From a virus (Duplodnaviria; Caudoviricetes): a stretch of DNA of 34,554 bases. Each line of letters starts with the position of its first letter. Positions within the stretch are counted from its first letter, which is position 1. The stretch is taken from the IMG/VR virus record IMGVR_UViG_3300020045_006982, positions 1 to 34,554 of that record; one strand, written 5' to 3'. The position numbers and the translations under genes are program-made. The notes beneath the pieces were generated by a model. It was not told the origin of the DNA. It was given only the letters and a program-made list of their open reading frames with translations, and searched no databases. Shown in pieces: positions 16,260 to 25,067 of the stretch.

Positions 16260-16637
16260 ATGAAAGGCACAGAAAAAGCACATTTATTTAAAACAGGACA
16301 ATATGGAAGATTGTATATTACAAGCGGTTATCACGCAAGGGGTAACACTTTAAGGATACAAGTTTTACCTGATGGAGAAATAGCAATTCCAAATGGAAGT
16401 GGTAACACTTGCTTAAACAAAGACGCAGTGATTGTTTATGACGTTGTATCAGGGCAAAGAGGATGGACAGAGGTTTATGGATGGTTGCACGAAGGAAAAT
16501 GGCAAGATGATTTTATAAAACTTGTGGTAGATGCAGAAAAAAAGATTGAGTATTTGAAAAAACAATCAGAAAAATCAAAAGCAGAGCAGCAAAAACAAGA
16601 AGAGGAAAGATTGTCTAAATTATTAAATAGCTACTAA
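16260..16637 (+). CDS. Hypothetical early protein
   Basis: 125-aa ORF after the promoter. Confidence 0.75.
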   Translation: MKGTEKAHLFKTGQYGRLYITSGYHARGNTLRIQVLPDGEIAIPNGSGNTCLNKDAVIVYDVVSGQRGWTEVYGWLHEGKWQDDFIKLVVDAEKKIEYLKKQSEKSKAEQQKQEEERLSKLLNSY

Positions 16638-16639
16638 AA

Positions 16640-16717
16640 ATGAAAACACTTCAAAAATTATTCGACAAAATTAGCCACTTCCTTTATGGAGGAAAACCTT
16701 TAAATGTATCGTTATGA
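16640..16717 (+). CDS. 25-aa peptide (MKTLQKLFDKISHFLYGGKPLNVSL)
   Basis: Fills the gap exactly; ATGA-coupled to the next gene. Confidence 0.45.
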   Translation: MKTLQKLFDKISHFLYGGKPLNVSL

Positions 16718-16968
16718 AAACTATCTACAACACTTATGTAGTGATGCAAGACCAAGCACAATGCGACCGAATGAAACAGTTATGTATTGATAATGGGTTG
16801 CCGTATTGGAATGATGATATTGCTTTTGAATATTCAATTAAAACATATCCAAACAACAGTTTTGGCTGTGGGCTAGATGGAGAATTTTATGTAGGGTTTT
16901 ATTTTTATAAAAACATAGAAATCACCGAACAAGAATTTATCGAACTTTTAAAAACTACAAAATTATGA
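16714..16968 (+). CDS. Hypothetical protein
   Basis: Coupled ORF in the early operon. Confidence 0.7.
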   Translation: MKTIYNTYVVMQDQAQCDRMKQLCIDNGLPYWNDDIAFEYSIKTYPNNSFGCGLDGEFYVGFYFYKNIEITEQEFIELLKTTKL

Positions 16969-17375
16969 AAACAGAATACCGCCCCATCGCAATGCGTTGC
17001 AATCAAGAACAATTTGAGAGTATTAAGGATAGGATTCCTAACGAAATGATAATAGATATAACACCGTTTTTTCATCACGATTGTATTACTAACTTTTTTA
17101 GAGATAACCAAGTTTCTAATATAAGTTATGGAAATGGAGAATATAGAGGCATCAAAATACAAGAAACCTTCGACGCTGAATTATTTTTAGATTGTTGCGG
17201 ACGCGAGAAAGAAGATGTTCCAATAATGCAAGTTAAATTTAGAGGTGAATGGTGTGATTATGTTGGAGAGTATCGAATTAAACCACAACCAGACTATTCT
17301 AAAGAAATAGAAGCTTTGCAACAAAAAGCAAAAGAAAACGGAATGAGTGTAACAATTTTATTTGAGAAATTATGA
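16965..17375 (+). CDS. Hypothetical protein
   Basis: ATGA-coupled on both sides. Confidence 0.7.
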   Translation: MKTEYRPIAMRCNQEQFESIKDRIPNEMIIDITPFFHHDCITNFFRDNQVSNISYGNGEYRGIKIQETFDAELFLDCCGREKEDVPIMQVKFRGEWCDYVGEYRIKPQPDYSKEIEALQQKAKENGMSVTILFEKL

Positions 17376-17578
17376 ACCAAACAACATCACAAGTTATGAA
17401 ACAGTTAATTTTCGAGCATAATTTAGCCGTTACACTATCCCGAAATGGAATTAACCCTCCAGAAGATGAATCTAATGTAGAACGATTCTATGAATGGATG
17501 AAGAAGATTAAAAATAAATACGTAGACAATCAGGAATTAATGATTCCGGCAATTAGAAAAATATCACTTAATCAATAG
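17372..17578 (+). CDS. Hypothetical protein
   Basis: Coupled ORF. Confidence 0.65.
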   Translation: MNQTTSQVMKQLIFEHNLAVTLSRNGINPPEDESNVERFYEWMKKIKNKYVDNQELMIPAIRKISLNQ

Positions 17579-17583
17579 GAATT

Positions 17584-17802
17584 ATGAAAAGGCTAACATT
17601 TTACCAATTAAAAAAAGCTTGTGATGAGAATGATTTTATATTAGTTCGTGATTATAAAAATGATTTGTTAGGATTTAATACAAAAATTGCTAAAATTATA
17701 TTGAAACACAAATCATATAAAAATAGTCATAAAACAAGATTTATAAGTTTTATTCCTTGTGATTTTCAAACATATATTAACTATAAAATACCATTTTTAT
17801 GA
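17584..17802 (+). CDS. Hypothetical basic protein
   Basis: Coupled ORF. Confidence 0.6.
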   Translation: MKRLTFYQLKKACDENDFILVRDYKNDLLGFNTKIAKIILKHKSYKNSHKTRFISFIPCDFQTYINYKIPFL

Positions 17803-18014
17803 ACCCAGACACTTACATTGAAGGAACATTTAGCGAGGACAATCCAATCAACCAAATCGAAGTTGAATTAGACGAACTCGAGCAACAAAAACAGGAAAAT
17901 TTTAAATTAAGAATGCGAATTCAAGATTTAGAAATAGGAATTTCGGAATGCATCGAAATTTTAGAACAATCATCAAATAATACATTAGTAATTAATAAAT
18001 TGAAAAGGTTATGA
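17799..18014 (+). CDS. Hypothetical acidic coiled-coil protein
   Basis: Coupled ORF. Confidence 0.65.
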   Translation: MNPDTYIEGTFSEDNPINQIEVELDELEQQKQENFKLRMRIQDLEIGISECIEILEQSSNNTLVINKLKRL

Positions 18015-18184
18015 CAACAACAACAATATTACTAATCGCAGCACTTGTAATCGCCTTAATTGGCTGTTACATATTTTCGCAACTATTCTTTGAAATATTC
18101 GAAGAAAATCAAGATTTAAAGCGATCTAATTTATCGCTAAGGGAGGAATTGAGAAATAGAATAATTAAAGATAAGGAAGAATGA
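18011..18184 (+). CDS. 57-aa single-TM plus coiled-coil protein (not in track)
   Basis: MTTTTILLIAALVIALIGCYIF...; ATGA overlaps at both ends. Confidence 0.6.
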   Translation: MTTTTILLIAALVIALIGCYIFSQLFFEIFEENQDLKRSNLSLREELRNRIIKDKEE

Positions 18185-19017
18185 AAAAAGCACAGATATT
18201 TAACAATCATTTCCAGAATTTCAAAACCTATGCAATTCCAAAAGCGCAATTAATCATTGCAGACATTCCTTATAATCTTGGTAATAATGCTTATGCGTCA
18301 AATCCGAGTTGGTATAAAGACGGAGACAATAGTAATGGCGAAAGTGAATTAGCTGGTAAAAGCTTCTTTGATACCGATGAAGATTTTAGACCCGCAGAAT
18401 TTATGCACTTTTGTAGCACAATGCTTAAACCTGAAAAGAAAACTGTAAAAGTAGAAGGCGAAGCAAGACAAAAAGGAGATAGTCCTTGTATGATTGTATT
18501 TTGCGCTTTTGACCAACAAATGTATTTAATTGAATTGGCAAAAAGATACGGATTGAACAATTATATTAATCTTGTTTTTCGTAAAAATTTTAGTGCTCAG
18601 GTTCTAAAAGCTAATATGAAAGTTGTTGGAAATTGTGAATATGCTTTGATCTTTTATCGCGATAAATTGCCTAAATTTAGAAATAAAGGTAAAATGATTT
18701 TTAATTGTATGGATTGGCCCAGAGATAACGAAAGCGAAAAAATACACCCAACACAAAAACCGATTCAATTATTAAAAAGACTAATTGAAATATTTACAGA
18801 TGAAGGCGATGTTGTTATTGATCCGTGTGCCGGCTCAGGTTCGACTTTAATAGCTGCTCAGGAATTGAAAAGAAAAGGTTTTGGTTTTGAGATTAAAAAA
18901 CCTTTTCATAAAGGTGCTGAAAATTGGATTAATGAAGAATATCAAAAATTAAAAGATATTGAAGAATTTGGATTTGCAAAAACTTTGATAAATAAAACAC
19001 ATTCAACACTATTTTAA
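18181..19017 (+). CDS. Orphan DNA methyltransferase, N6A/N4C beta class
   Basis: ADIPY (motif IV variant), HPTQKP, DPCAGSGST (motif I), GFE. Confidence 0.9.
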   Translation: MKKAQIFNNHFQNFKTYAIPKAQLIIADIPYNLGNNAYASNPSWYKDGDNSNGESELAGKSFFDTDEDFRPAEFMHFCSTMLKPEKKTVKVEGEARQKGDSPCMIVFCAFDQQMYLIELAKRYGLNNYINLVFRKNFSAQVLKANMKVVGNCEYALIFYRDKLPKFRNKGKMIFNCMDWPRDNESEKIHPTQKPIQLLKRLIEIFTDEGDVVIDPCAGSGSTLIAAQELKRKGFGFEIKKPFHKGAENWINEEYQKLKDIEEFGFAKTLINKTHSTLF

Positions 19018-19251
19018 ATGAAAATATTCTTAACATCATTCTTTCAAATTGGCTTAGTCGCAATTAACACCTATTTTATTGGTCAATTATTCTGGGCTGG
19101 TATATTTTTAGCAAGTTTCGGAATTAGTCTATTATAGGCGTTCAATGTATCAAAAGTTGCAATTTCAACTATTAACCAAAAACTAATTTATGCACTTGGC
19201 GCCGGATGCGGTGCTGTGTGTGGTTTAGTTTTGATAAAAATTATATTATGA
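19018..19251 (+). pseudogene. 77-codon membrane protein gene with an in-frame TAG at 19135-19137
   Basis: Hydrophobic reading continues through the TAG (GISLL*AFNVSK...YALGAGCGAVCGL) to a TGA coupled to the next ATG. Confidence 0.65.
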
Positions 19252-19496
19252 GTAAGAAAAAATCAATCAATATGCACAAGTTCTATTGCTTAATGCAATT
19301 ACTACAAGACAATTTAGATGATCTTCAAGTAACAACACCGAGAATGAAATTCTTAAAAGACAACCTTAGCGAGTTTTGCGAAATTCTAAATAATGAATGC
19401 GCTAATACCTATACCATTCAAAAGACTACTTATTTTGTGGAACTTACGAATAAAATAGACACTCTTATGAGAAAATCATTTAATCCTGAAATGTAG
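19248..19496 (+). CDS. Hypothetical protein; start moved to ATG 19248
   Basis: ATGA coupling; MSKKKSINMHKFY... Confidence 0.65.
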   Translation: MSKKKSINMHKFYCLMQLLQDNLDDLQVTTPRMKFLKDNLSEFCEILNNECANTYTIQKTTYFVELTNKIDTLMRKSFNPEM

Positions 19497-19535
19497 TTTA
19501 TATTGTTTCTAAACAACTTTTTTACTACTTTTACA
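19497..19535 (+). promoter_or_regulatory. Host-type promoter variant TTG-N20-TACTTTTA
   Basis: Same 14-mer and spacing as 12975-13013. Confidence 0.55.
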
Positions 19536-19541
19536 AAACAA

Positions 19542-19608
19542 AATCCGCCAAGATTGAGACATTTACTATTCCCTTCTTTGCACTTGGCGGTCATTGAAGG
19601 GAATTTTT
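19542..19608 (+). ncRNA. Structured 5' leader 1 (two hairpins with complementary loops plus a U tract)
   Basis: aatc[cgccaa]gatt; attcccttc...[cacttggcggt]...gaagggaat-tttt. Confidence 0.6.
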
Positions 19609-19629
19609 AATTTAATATATTTAGAAATT

Positions 19630-20271
19630 ATGGCAAATGCTAATTTACCAAAAATACAAGACCTTTATTCTGATAAAGTAAGTATTCAGAAAAAAGATGT
19701 TTTTGTAACATTAATGAACCAACCGCCTTTGGAAAGTTGGATTAAAAAACATCCGTTTATATCTAATTACAGATATTTACCTATTGAAAGAATTGAGTAC
19801 CTTTTAAAGACTATTTTCAAAAGATACAGGATTGAAGTGTTAAGAGAAGGCACGTCTTTTAATGGTGTTTATGTTGTTGTGCGTGTGCATTATTTCAATC
19901 CAATTAGTGACGAATGGGATTATCACGATGGTATTGGAGCGTGCCAATTACAAACCGCTAAAGGAACATCTTGTACTGATATGATAAATATTAATAATGG
20001 TGCTTTACAAATGGCTTTTCCTATTGCTAAAACGGTAGCTATAAAAGATGCGTGCGATCACTTTGGAAAATTGTTTGGCTCAGATATTAACCGAAAAGAA
20101 ACTATTAACTATTCAATCGATTTAACATTGATTGAAATGTCTCCGGAGCATCCAAATTGGCTAAAAGTAAAAGAAGCAATCGAAAGTAAAAATTATACTA
20201 TCGATGATATAAAAGCCAAATATGAATTATCTAACGAAAACGAATTATTATTATGTCAGAATTTAAAATAA
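19630..20271 (+). CDS. Rad52/Sak-like single-strand annealing protein; start moved to ATG 19630
   Basis: YLPIERIE..L...F, DGIGA, AKT.AIKDACDHFGKLFGSDINR; next to exonuclease and SSB. Confidence 0.7.
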   Translation: MANANLPKIQDLYSDKVSIQKKDVFVTLMNQPPLESWIKKHPFISNYRYLPIERIEYLLKTIFKRYRIEVLREGTSFNGVYVVVRVHYFNPISDEWDYHDGIGACQLQTAKGTSCTDMININNGALQMAFPIAKTVAIKDACDHFGKLFGSDINRKETINYSIDLTLIEMSPEHPNWLKVKEAIESKNYTIDDIKAKYELSNENELLLCQNLK

Positions 20272-20861
20272 GAGCATCGGCTAGCGGTAAAATAATGACT
20301 AATCCTCAAAATAAAACCGCTTTAGTTTCTAAAACTACAGAGACATATGTAAAAGAATGGTTGTTAGAGTCAATTTACGGAGTTAGAAAAGAGATTAAAA
20401 ATAAATACCTATCAAAAGGATTAACATTAGAAGACGAAGCAATTGATACCGCTATAGATTGGTTAAATTTACCTTTTGTTTTAAAAAATGAAAAGTTTTT
20501 TGAAGATTTTTATTTTTGTGGAACTCCAGATTTGATTTTAGAAGATGAAGTGTTAGATATTAAGTGTTCTTGGGATTGTTTTACATTTCCATTATTTGAA
20601 AAAGAAATCCCTACTAAAGACTATTTTTATCAATTACAGATTTATATGCATCTAACAGGAAAAACGAAAGCACGTTTAGTTTATGTGCTTTTAAACACCC
20701 CAGAGGAATTGACTTGGGAACAAAAAAATGATTATTCTAACTTAGACAAAAAGTTTAGAATTAAAACCTTTTCAATTGACTACGATATATCAGTTATTGA
20801 AGATTTGCAAAAACGAGTATTAAACATTAGAAATTATATAAAAACTTTAAATTATGAGTAA
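20253..20861 (+). CDS. YqaJ/lambda-exonuclease-like PD-(D/E)xK nuclease
   Basis: RAS, G...E, GTPD, DIKCSW, YQLQIYM motifs. Confidence 0.82.
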   Translation: MSEFKIRASASGKIMTNPQNKTALVSKTTETYVKEWLLESIYGVRKEIKNKYLSKGLTLEDEAIDTAIDWLNLPFVLKNEKFFEDFYFCGTPDLILEDEVLDIKCSWDCFTFPLFEKEIPTKDYFYQLQIYMHLTGKTKARLVYVLLNTPEELTWEQKNDYSNLDKKFRIKTFSIDYDISVIEDLQKRVLNIRNYIKTLNYE

Positions 20862-21192
20862 AATTCAAGTTACATTAGATGCTACTAAATTAAGAAATTT
20901 AGTAAGTAAAAGACAATTTACCAATAAATCAGGCGAAGTAATAGATTTGCAAGAGGTAAAATTTGAACTTGTTGAGGTTAAAGAACCAAAGCAAATTTAC
21001 GAAAAAGACAATATGAAAATTATGAAAACACATTTTGCATGTGTTATTCAAACCAAAGAACAAAGAGAAGCAAAAGCCGACACTGTTTATATTGGCGAAG
21101 GTTTTACAACTATTTGGAGTAATGCAGAAGTTCACGAAGCTAAACCAATTACGGATGGACAAGTTCCAGATAGAGATGAAGTTCCATTTTAG
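20854..21192 (+). CDS. Putative single-stranded DNA-binding protein
   Basis: Beta-rich 112 aa, YIGEG motif, acidic tail ending DRDEVPF. Confidence 0.65.
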   Translation: MSKIQVTLDATKLRNLVSKRQFTNKSGEVIDLQEVKFELVEVKEPKQIYEKDNMKIMKTHFACVIQTKEQREAKADTVYIGEGFTTIWSNAEVHEAKPITDGQVPDRDEVPF

Positions 21193-21195
21193 CAT

Positions 21196-21235
21196 AAAAA
21201 AGGCACGTAATTAATTTTGCGTGCCGATTTTTTTT
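21196..21235. terminator. Intrinsic terminator, possibly bidirectional
   Basis: A6-ggcacgtaa/ttgcgtgcc-ga-T8. Confidence 0.65.
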
Positions 21236-21244
21236 GTATATTTG
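21216..21244 (+). promoter_or_regulatory. Sigma-70 promoter TTTG-N17-TATATTTG
   Basis: Full Bacteroidota consensus upstream of the replication operon. Confidence 0.75.
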
Positions 21245-21249
21245 CTTAT

Positions 21250-21349
21250 GTGAATGAGTGGAAACATTTACGAAACCTTAAAAATATTAACCCCATAATC
21301 GGGAGGCGTTTTCCACAATAGCCGAACGATTTATGGGGTTTTAACTTTT
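21250..21349 (+). ncRNA. Structured 5' leader 2 (two hairpins with complementary loops plus a U tract)
   Basis: gtgaatg[agtggaaa]catttac; aaccccataatcg..ggc[gttttccacaata]gcc..cgatttatggggtt-ttaactttt. Confidence 0.65.
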
Positions 21350-21364
21350 ATTTATTTAATACTT

Positions 21365-21619
21365 ATGAAAATTTTCATTACCAACAAAGATGTTTTTGAT
21401 TCTGTTTTTGATTACGAAGCATCAAAAGACTACAAAGATTCTAAACAAATTCACCAAGCTTTATTCAATAAAATTAAAACTGACATATCAGTTAATAATA
21501 TGATTGAAATAAACGTAATGATTCCTTATTCAGATGTTTATGAGGGCGATGCAATGTTTGAATTTATTGGAAAAAACAAAGATGTATTTTTCTATACATT
21601 TAATGGAACTGCTAAATAA
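21365..21619 (+). CDS. Hypothetical protein
   Basis: 84 aa; TAATG-coupled to the primase gene. Confidence 0.7.
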   Translation: MKIFITNKDVFDSVFDYEASKDYKDSKQIHQALFNKIKTDISVNNMIEINVMIPYSDVYEGDAMFEFIGKNKDVFFYTFNGTAK

Positions 21620-23910
21620 TGGAAAAGCATTATTTAAAAAAGTTAGCTGAAAATGGTTTTTCAGTTATCCCGTGTGCAGAAAATAAAGCACCAATAGGAG
21701 CTTGGAAGAAATTCCAGACAGAAGCAAGAACACCCGAACAAATAGAAAGTTTAACAAGTCCTAAATTCGGAATTGTAACAGGATATAATAACCTTGAGGT
21801 TATCGATGTTGACTGTAAAGTATTATCATCTTTAAAAGAACAAAAGGAGTTTTGGGATGAATTTTTAGGTTTTTTGACTGATAATATAGATGAATTTGAT
21901 AAAAAATTTGTGGTCAAAAAAACTTTAAATAAAGGGTATCACATTCTTTATCGTTGCAAAACCTTAAGAGGTAATACAAAGATTGCGACTTTAAAAGGAA
22001 TGAAAGAGGCTTTAATTGAGAGCCGTGGTATTGGTGGAATGGTTATTGCTTATGATGATACTTTGTCAAAAATTAACTATCATCAAATCAAAGAAATTTC
22101 AGAAGAAGATAGGGAAATTCTTTGGAGTTGTGCTCGAACTTATAATTATGTTGTTGAAATTCCTATTGAACCTAAAAAAGAATCTAAAGAATATTTAGAA
22201 ACTGAGATTACGTGCTGGGATGATTTTAATCAAAAAACAGATATTTTCGAAATTATTGGAAGTGACTTTCAAATTGTAGCAAATCATAATAAAAAGTATA
22301 TCATAAAAAGACACGGTGCGACGTCTCCGCATTCTGGGTATGTTTACAAAGAAGATAATAGAATGTATCTTTTTAGCACGGGAACAATTTACCCACACGA
22401 AAAACAAGTCACGCCTTTTATTGCTTATGCTTGGAAAAACTACAACGGTAATTTTTCAGAAACAGCTAAAGACTTATATCAAAAAGGTTTTGGATCCCGT
22501 TTAAAATCTAAAATACAAGAACTAAAAAAATCTATTTCAGTTCAGGAAGAAACCAAAATTAATATTGAAGATTTAGTTTTTCCGATAGACATTTTTCCTT
22601 CTGATATTCAAAAGTATTTAATCGAATGTAATTCAAAATTAGACAGTTCTATTGAGTATATGGGATGTTCTTTGCTTTGGTTGATTTCAGTTTGTATTGG
22701 AAATTCTATTGATATTGAAGTTAAAAAAGGATGGATTGAAAACGTTTCTTTATGGATTTCAATAGTTGGTAAGGCTGGGTTAGGAAAAACACCAAGTATA
22801 TCAAATATTGTTTTTCCGTTAATAAAAATTAACGCTAAGGAAATTAAGAAATACATCAAAGAGAGCGAAAAGTACGACTATTATATGAATCTATCTAAAA
22901 AAGAAAAAGACGAACATAGCGAGGTATTTAAGCCAATTAAGAGCCAATTTATAGCTAATGATATAACGCTCGAGGCTTTAGTTGATTTACATCAAGAAAG
23001 TGATAATGCAGTAGGTGTATTTAAAGATGAATTGGCCGGATGGTTAAAAGATATGAATAAATATAGAGAAGGTTCAGATTTAGAATTTTGGCTATCTACT
23101 TGGTCAGGAAAATCTGTAAACCTCAACCGATTAACGCGTAGAGGATCGTTTGTAGAAAAACCTTTTATTCCTGTTCTTGGTGGTATTCAACCTAGTATTT
23201 TTAATACATTTTATACAGATGAAAATAAGGATAACGGTTTTATGGATAGGATGCTTCTTTGTTATCCTGATTTGAAAATTGATTACTACAATGAAAATGA
23301 AATATCTGAGGAAATACTAAAATGGTACAAAGAAACTATTATTTCATTTTATGACACTGTAAAAGGTATTATTAAACGTGATGATGATGGGGATATTTTG
23401 CCGTTAACATCTAAATTTTCAGATGAAGCTAAATCGGAATGGATGCGTATGTTTAACGAAATGACAGATATTCAAAATAACGAAGAAGAAAACGAATATT
23501 TAAAATCAATGTTTCCTAAACAAAAGAGTTATATTCCTCGTTTTGCGTGCCTAATTCACGTTTTTAACGATTTTTTTATTGAAGGTGGTAATAGTTTACT
23601 TATTTCAAAAGAAAGTATTTTAAAAGCTGAAAAACTAAGTAAATATTTTGTTGCAACAGCTAAGAAAATTAAAATTAATTCAGTTGACGTATCGAAATTA
23701 AAAAATACAATTGGACAAAACAAAGGTAAATCTGAAAAGGAAAAACTTTTTGAAATATGGAAAAGTAAAAAAGATTTTAATCGCTCTGAAACTGCTGAGC
23801 TTTTAGGTATTTCACGTAGAAGTGTGCAAAATTGGTGTAAAGAATTTGAAAATGCACACCTAAATGCGCAGTCAGATGCACAGTTCGATATTAGAGCCGG
23901 CTTGGGTTAA
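21619..23910 (+). CDS. Bifunctional primase-polymerase fused to a DUF3987/YfjI-like P-loop helicase and a C-terminal HTH
   Basis: GFSVIP, GIVTG, VIDVD, T..KGYH.LY (Prim-Pol); GKAGLGKT, FKDE, LGGIQP, GFMDR; RSETAELLGISRRSVQNW. Confidence 0.85.
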   Translation: MEKHYLKKLAENGFSVIPCAENKAPIGAWKKFQTEARTPEQIESLTSPKFGIVTGYNNLEVIDVDCKVLSSLKEQKEFWDEFLGFLTDNIDEFDKKFVVKKTLNKGYHILYRCKTLRGNTKIATLKGMKEALIESRGIGGMVIAYDDTLSKINYHQIKEISEEDREILWSCARTYNYVVEIPIEPKKESKEYLETEITCWDDFNQKTDIFEIIGSDFQIVANHNKKYIIKRHGATSPHSGYVYKEDNRMYLFSTGTIYPHEKQVTPFIAYAWKNYNGNFSETAKDLYQKGFGSRLKSKIQELKKSISVQEETKINIEDLVFPIDIFPSDIQKYLIECNSKLDSSIEYMGCSLLWLISVCIGNSIDIEVKKGWIENVSLWISIVGKAGLGKTPSISNIVFPLIKINAKEIKKYIKESEKYDYYMNLSKKEKDEHSEVFKPIKSQFIANDITLEALVDLHQESDNAVGVFKDELAGWLKDMNKYREGSDLEFWLSTWSGKSVNLNRLTRRGSFVEKPFIPVLGGIQPSIFNTFYTDENKDNGFMDRMLLCYPDLKIDYYNENEISEEILKWYKETIISFYDTVKGIIKRDDDGDILPLTSKFSDEAKSEWMRMFNEMTDIQNNEEENEYLKSMFPKQKSYIPRFACLIHVFNDFFIEGGNSLLISKESILKAEKLSKYFVATAKKIKINSVDVSKLKNTIGQNKGKSEKEKLFEIWKSKKDFNRSETAELLGISRRSVQNWCKEFENAHLNAQSDAQFDIRAGLG

Positions 23911-24081
23911 CAAAGTATTAGGTGCGCAAATGCACACTTGCACACTAAATAAAATAAAAAAAAATAATTATAAAAAAAAAATATTTATCAGTTTAGGTGT
24001 GAATGCACAGTAAAAACTTTGTTAAGTATTGAAAACGTTAGGATTTAGGTGTGCAAAATAGGTGTGCACCGTGCGCAGTAA
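23822..24081. repeat. Candidate replication origin: TGCAC/TGCGC iterons and nested inverted repeats around an A/T core
   Basis: tgcacacctaaat 23853-23865 / atttaggtgtgca 24043-24055; ttaacaaagt 23907-23916 / actttgttaa 24016-24025; A/T tract about 23946-23988. Confidence 0.7.
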
Positions 24082-24097
24082 AACAACAAATTATACT

Positions 24098-24238
24098 ATG
24101 AAATTCGATTTATTAATAAAAAAGTACGATTATTACTGTAATTTATTTATTGATGGTAAAATTGAGTATAATTTATATCAAGAAATTGAAAAAGAGTATT
24201 TAAAAAGAAAAGAATTATTCACTATTTATTTAAACTAA
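24098..24238 (+). CDS. 46-aa hypothetical protein (not in track)
   Basis: MKFDLLIKKYDYYCNLF...; ends 2 nt before the next ATG. Confidence 0.5.
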   Translation: MKFDLLIKKYDYYCNLFIDGKIEYNLYQEIEKEYLKRKELFTIYLN

Positions 24239-24240
24239 AA

Positions 24241-24729
24241 ATGAACAAAGAAAACAAAAAAAGATTCGAGTCCTTATACTTAAAAAACAAATTAGAAAAC
24301 TATCCGTCATTCATTGGTCGTGAAAATTGTATCCCTAAAGCAGACTTAAAAGAAAACGGAGCAAATGCGCTTACTAAATTAGTTATCCAATGGATTGAAT
24401 TCAATAATGGACAAGCTGAAAGAATAAGCAACACAGGATTATATCGTGATGGTAAAAAACAAGTTATTGATTGCATAGGCAGGAAAAGAACAATTGGATC
24501 AGGAATTTGGACTCCAGGAACAGGAACGAACGGAACAGCAGATATATCCTCTACAATTAAAGGACGCTCGGTAAAGATTGAAATAAAATGGCAAAAAGAT
24601 AAGCAATCAGACGCACAAATTTCATATGCTGAATCAATTACTAAGGCTGGAGGTATTTATATTATCGTTAAAACGTTTGATGATTTTATTGATTGGTGGG
24701 ATAATTTTGAATCAACTTATTTATTTTAA
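24241..24729 (+). CDS. VRR-NUC-like nuclease (Holliday junction resolvase candidate)
   Basis: GTADI.....GR...IEIK...DKQS..Q......GGIY. Confidence 0.8.
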   Translation: MNKENKKRFESLYLKNKLENYPSFIGRENCIPKADLKENGANALTKLVIQWIEFNNGQAERISNTGLYRDGKKQVIDCIGRKRTIGSGIWTPGTGTNGTADISSTIKGRSVKIEIKWQKDKQSDAQISYAESITKAGGIYIIVKTFDDFIDWWDNFESTYLF

Positions 24730-24732
24730 CCT

Positions 24733-24930
24733 ATGAAAAAAACAAACTGCATTCATTGCGAGCAACTCTGTAAAGTAAAAGGAAAGACAGAATGTGAATC
24801 ATATAAACCAATATCAGGAAAGCCGGAACAATTACAAATCGAAATCAAGGATGCTTTTAAAGAGGGCAACTACGAAAAAGGAAAAGAATTACAAGATCAA
24901 TTATTTAAATTTTATTATGGGGGATTATGA
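24733..24930 (+). CDS. Hypothetical Cys-rich protein
   Basis: CIHC...C......C; coupled to the next ORF. Confidence 0.6.
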   Translation: MKKTNCIHCEQLCKVKGKTECESYKPISGKPEQLQIEIKDAFKEGNYEKGKELQDQLFKFYYGGL

Positions 24931-25067
24931 AATACACAAAAGAACAAGCGGAAAAACTAAAAAATAAAGGGATGGATAATCTTAATGATAAAAACCCATT
25001 GCCAGACGTAACTATTAAAGACGGATATTATGTTGTCGAATCTTCTATTAATAAAACAACTAACTAA
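24927..25067 (+). CDS. 46-aa hypothetical protein (not in track)
   Basis: MKYTKEQAEKLK...; ATGA overlap. Confidence 0.5.
   Translation: MKYTKEQAEKLKNKGMDNLNDKNPLPDVTIKDGYYVVESSINKTTN

Noticed and set aside
19135-19137. Genome-wide TAG recoding
   Set aside because: TAG ends clear genes (capsid 4324, tube 4889, SSB 21192), coding density is high under code 11, and I saw no suppressor tRNA
23822-24081. CRISPR array
   Set aside because: Repeats are 5-13 bp, irregularly spaced and in both orientations; no cas genes
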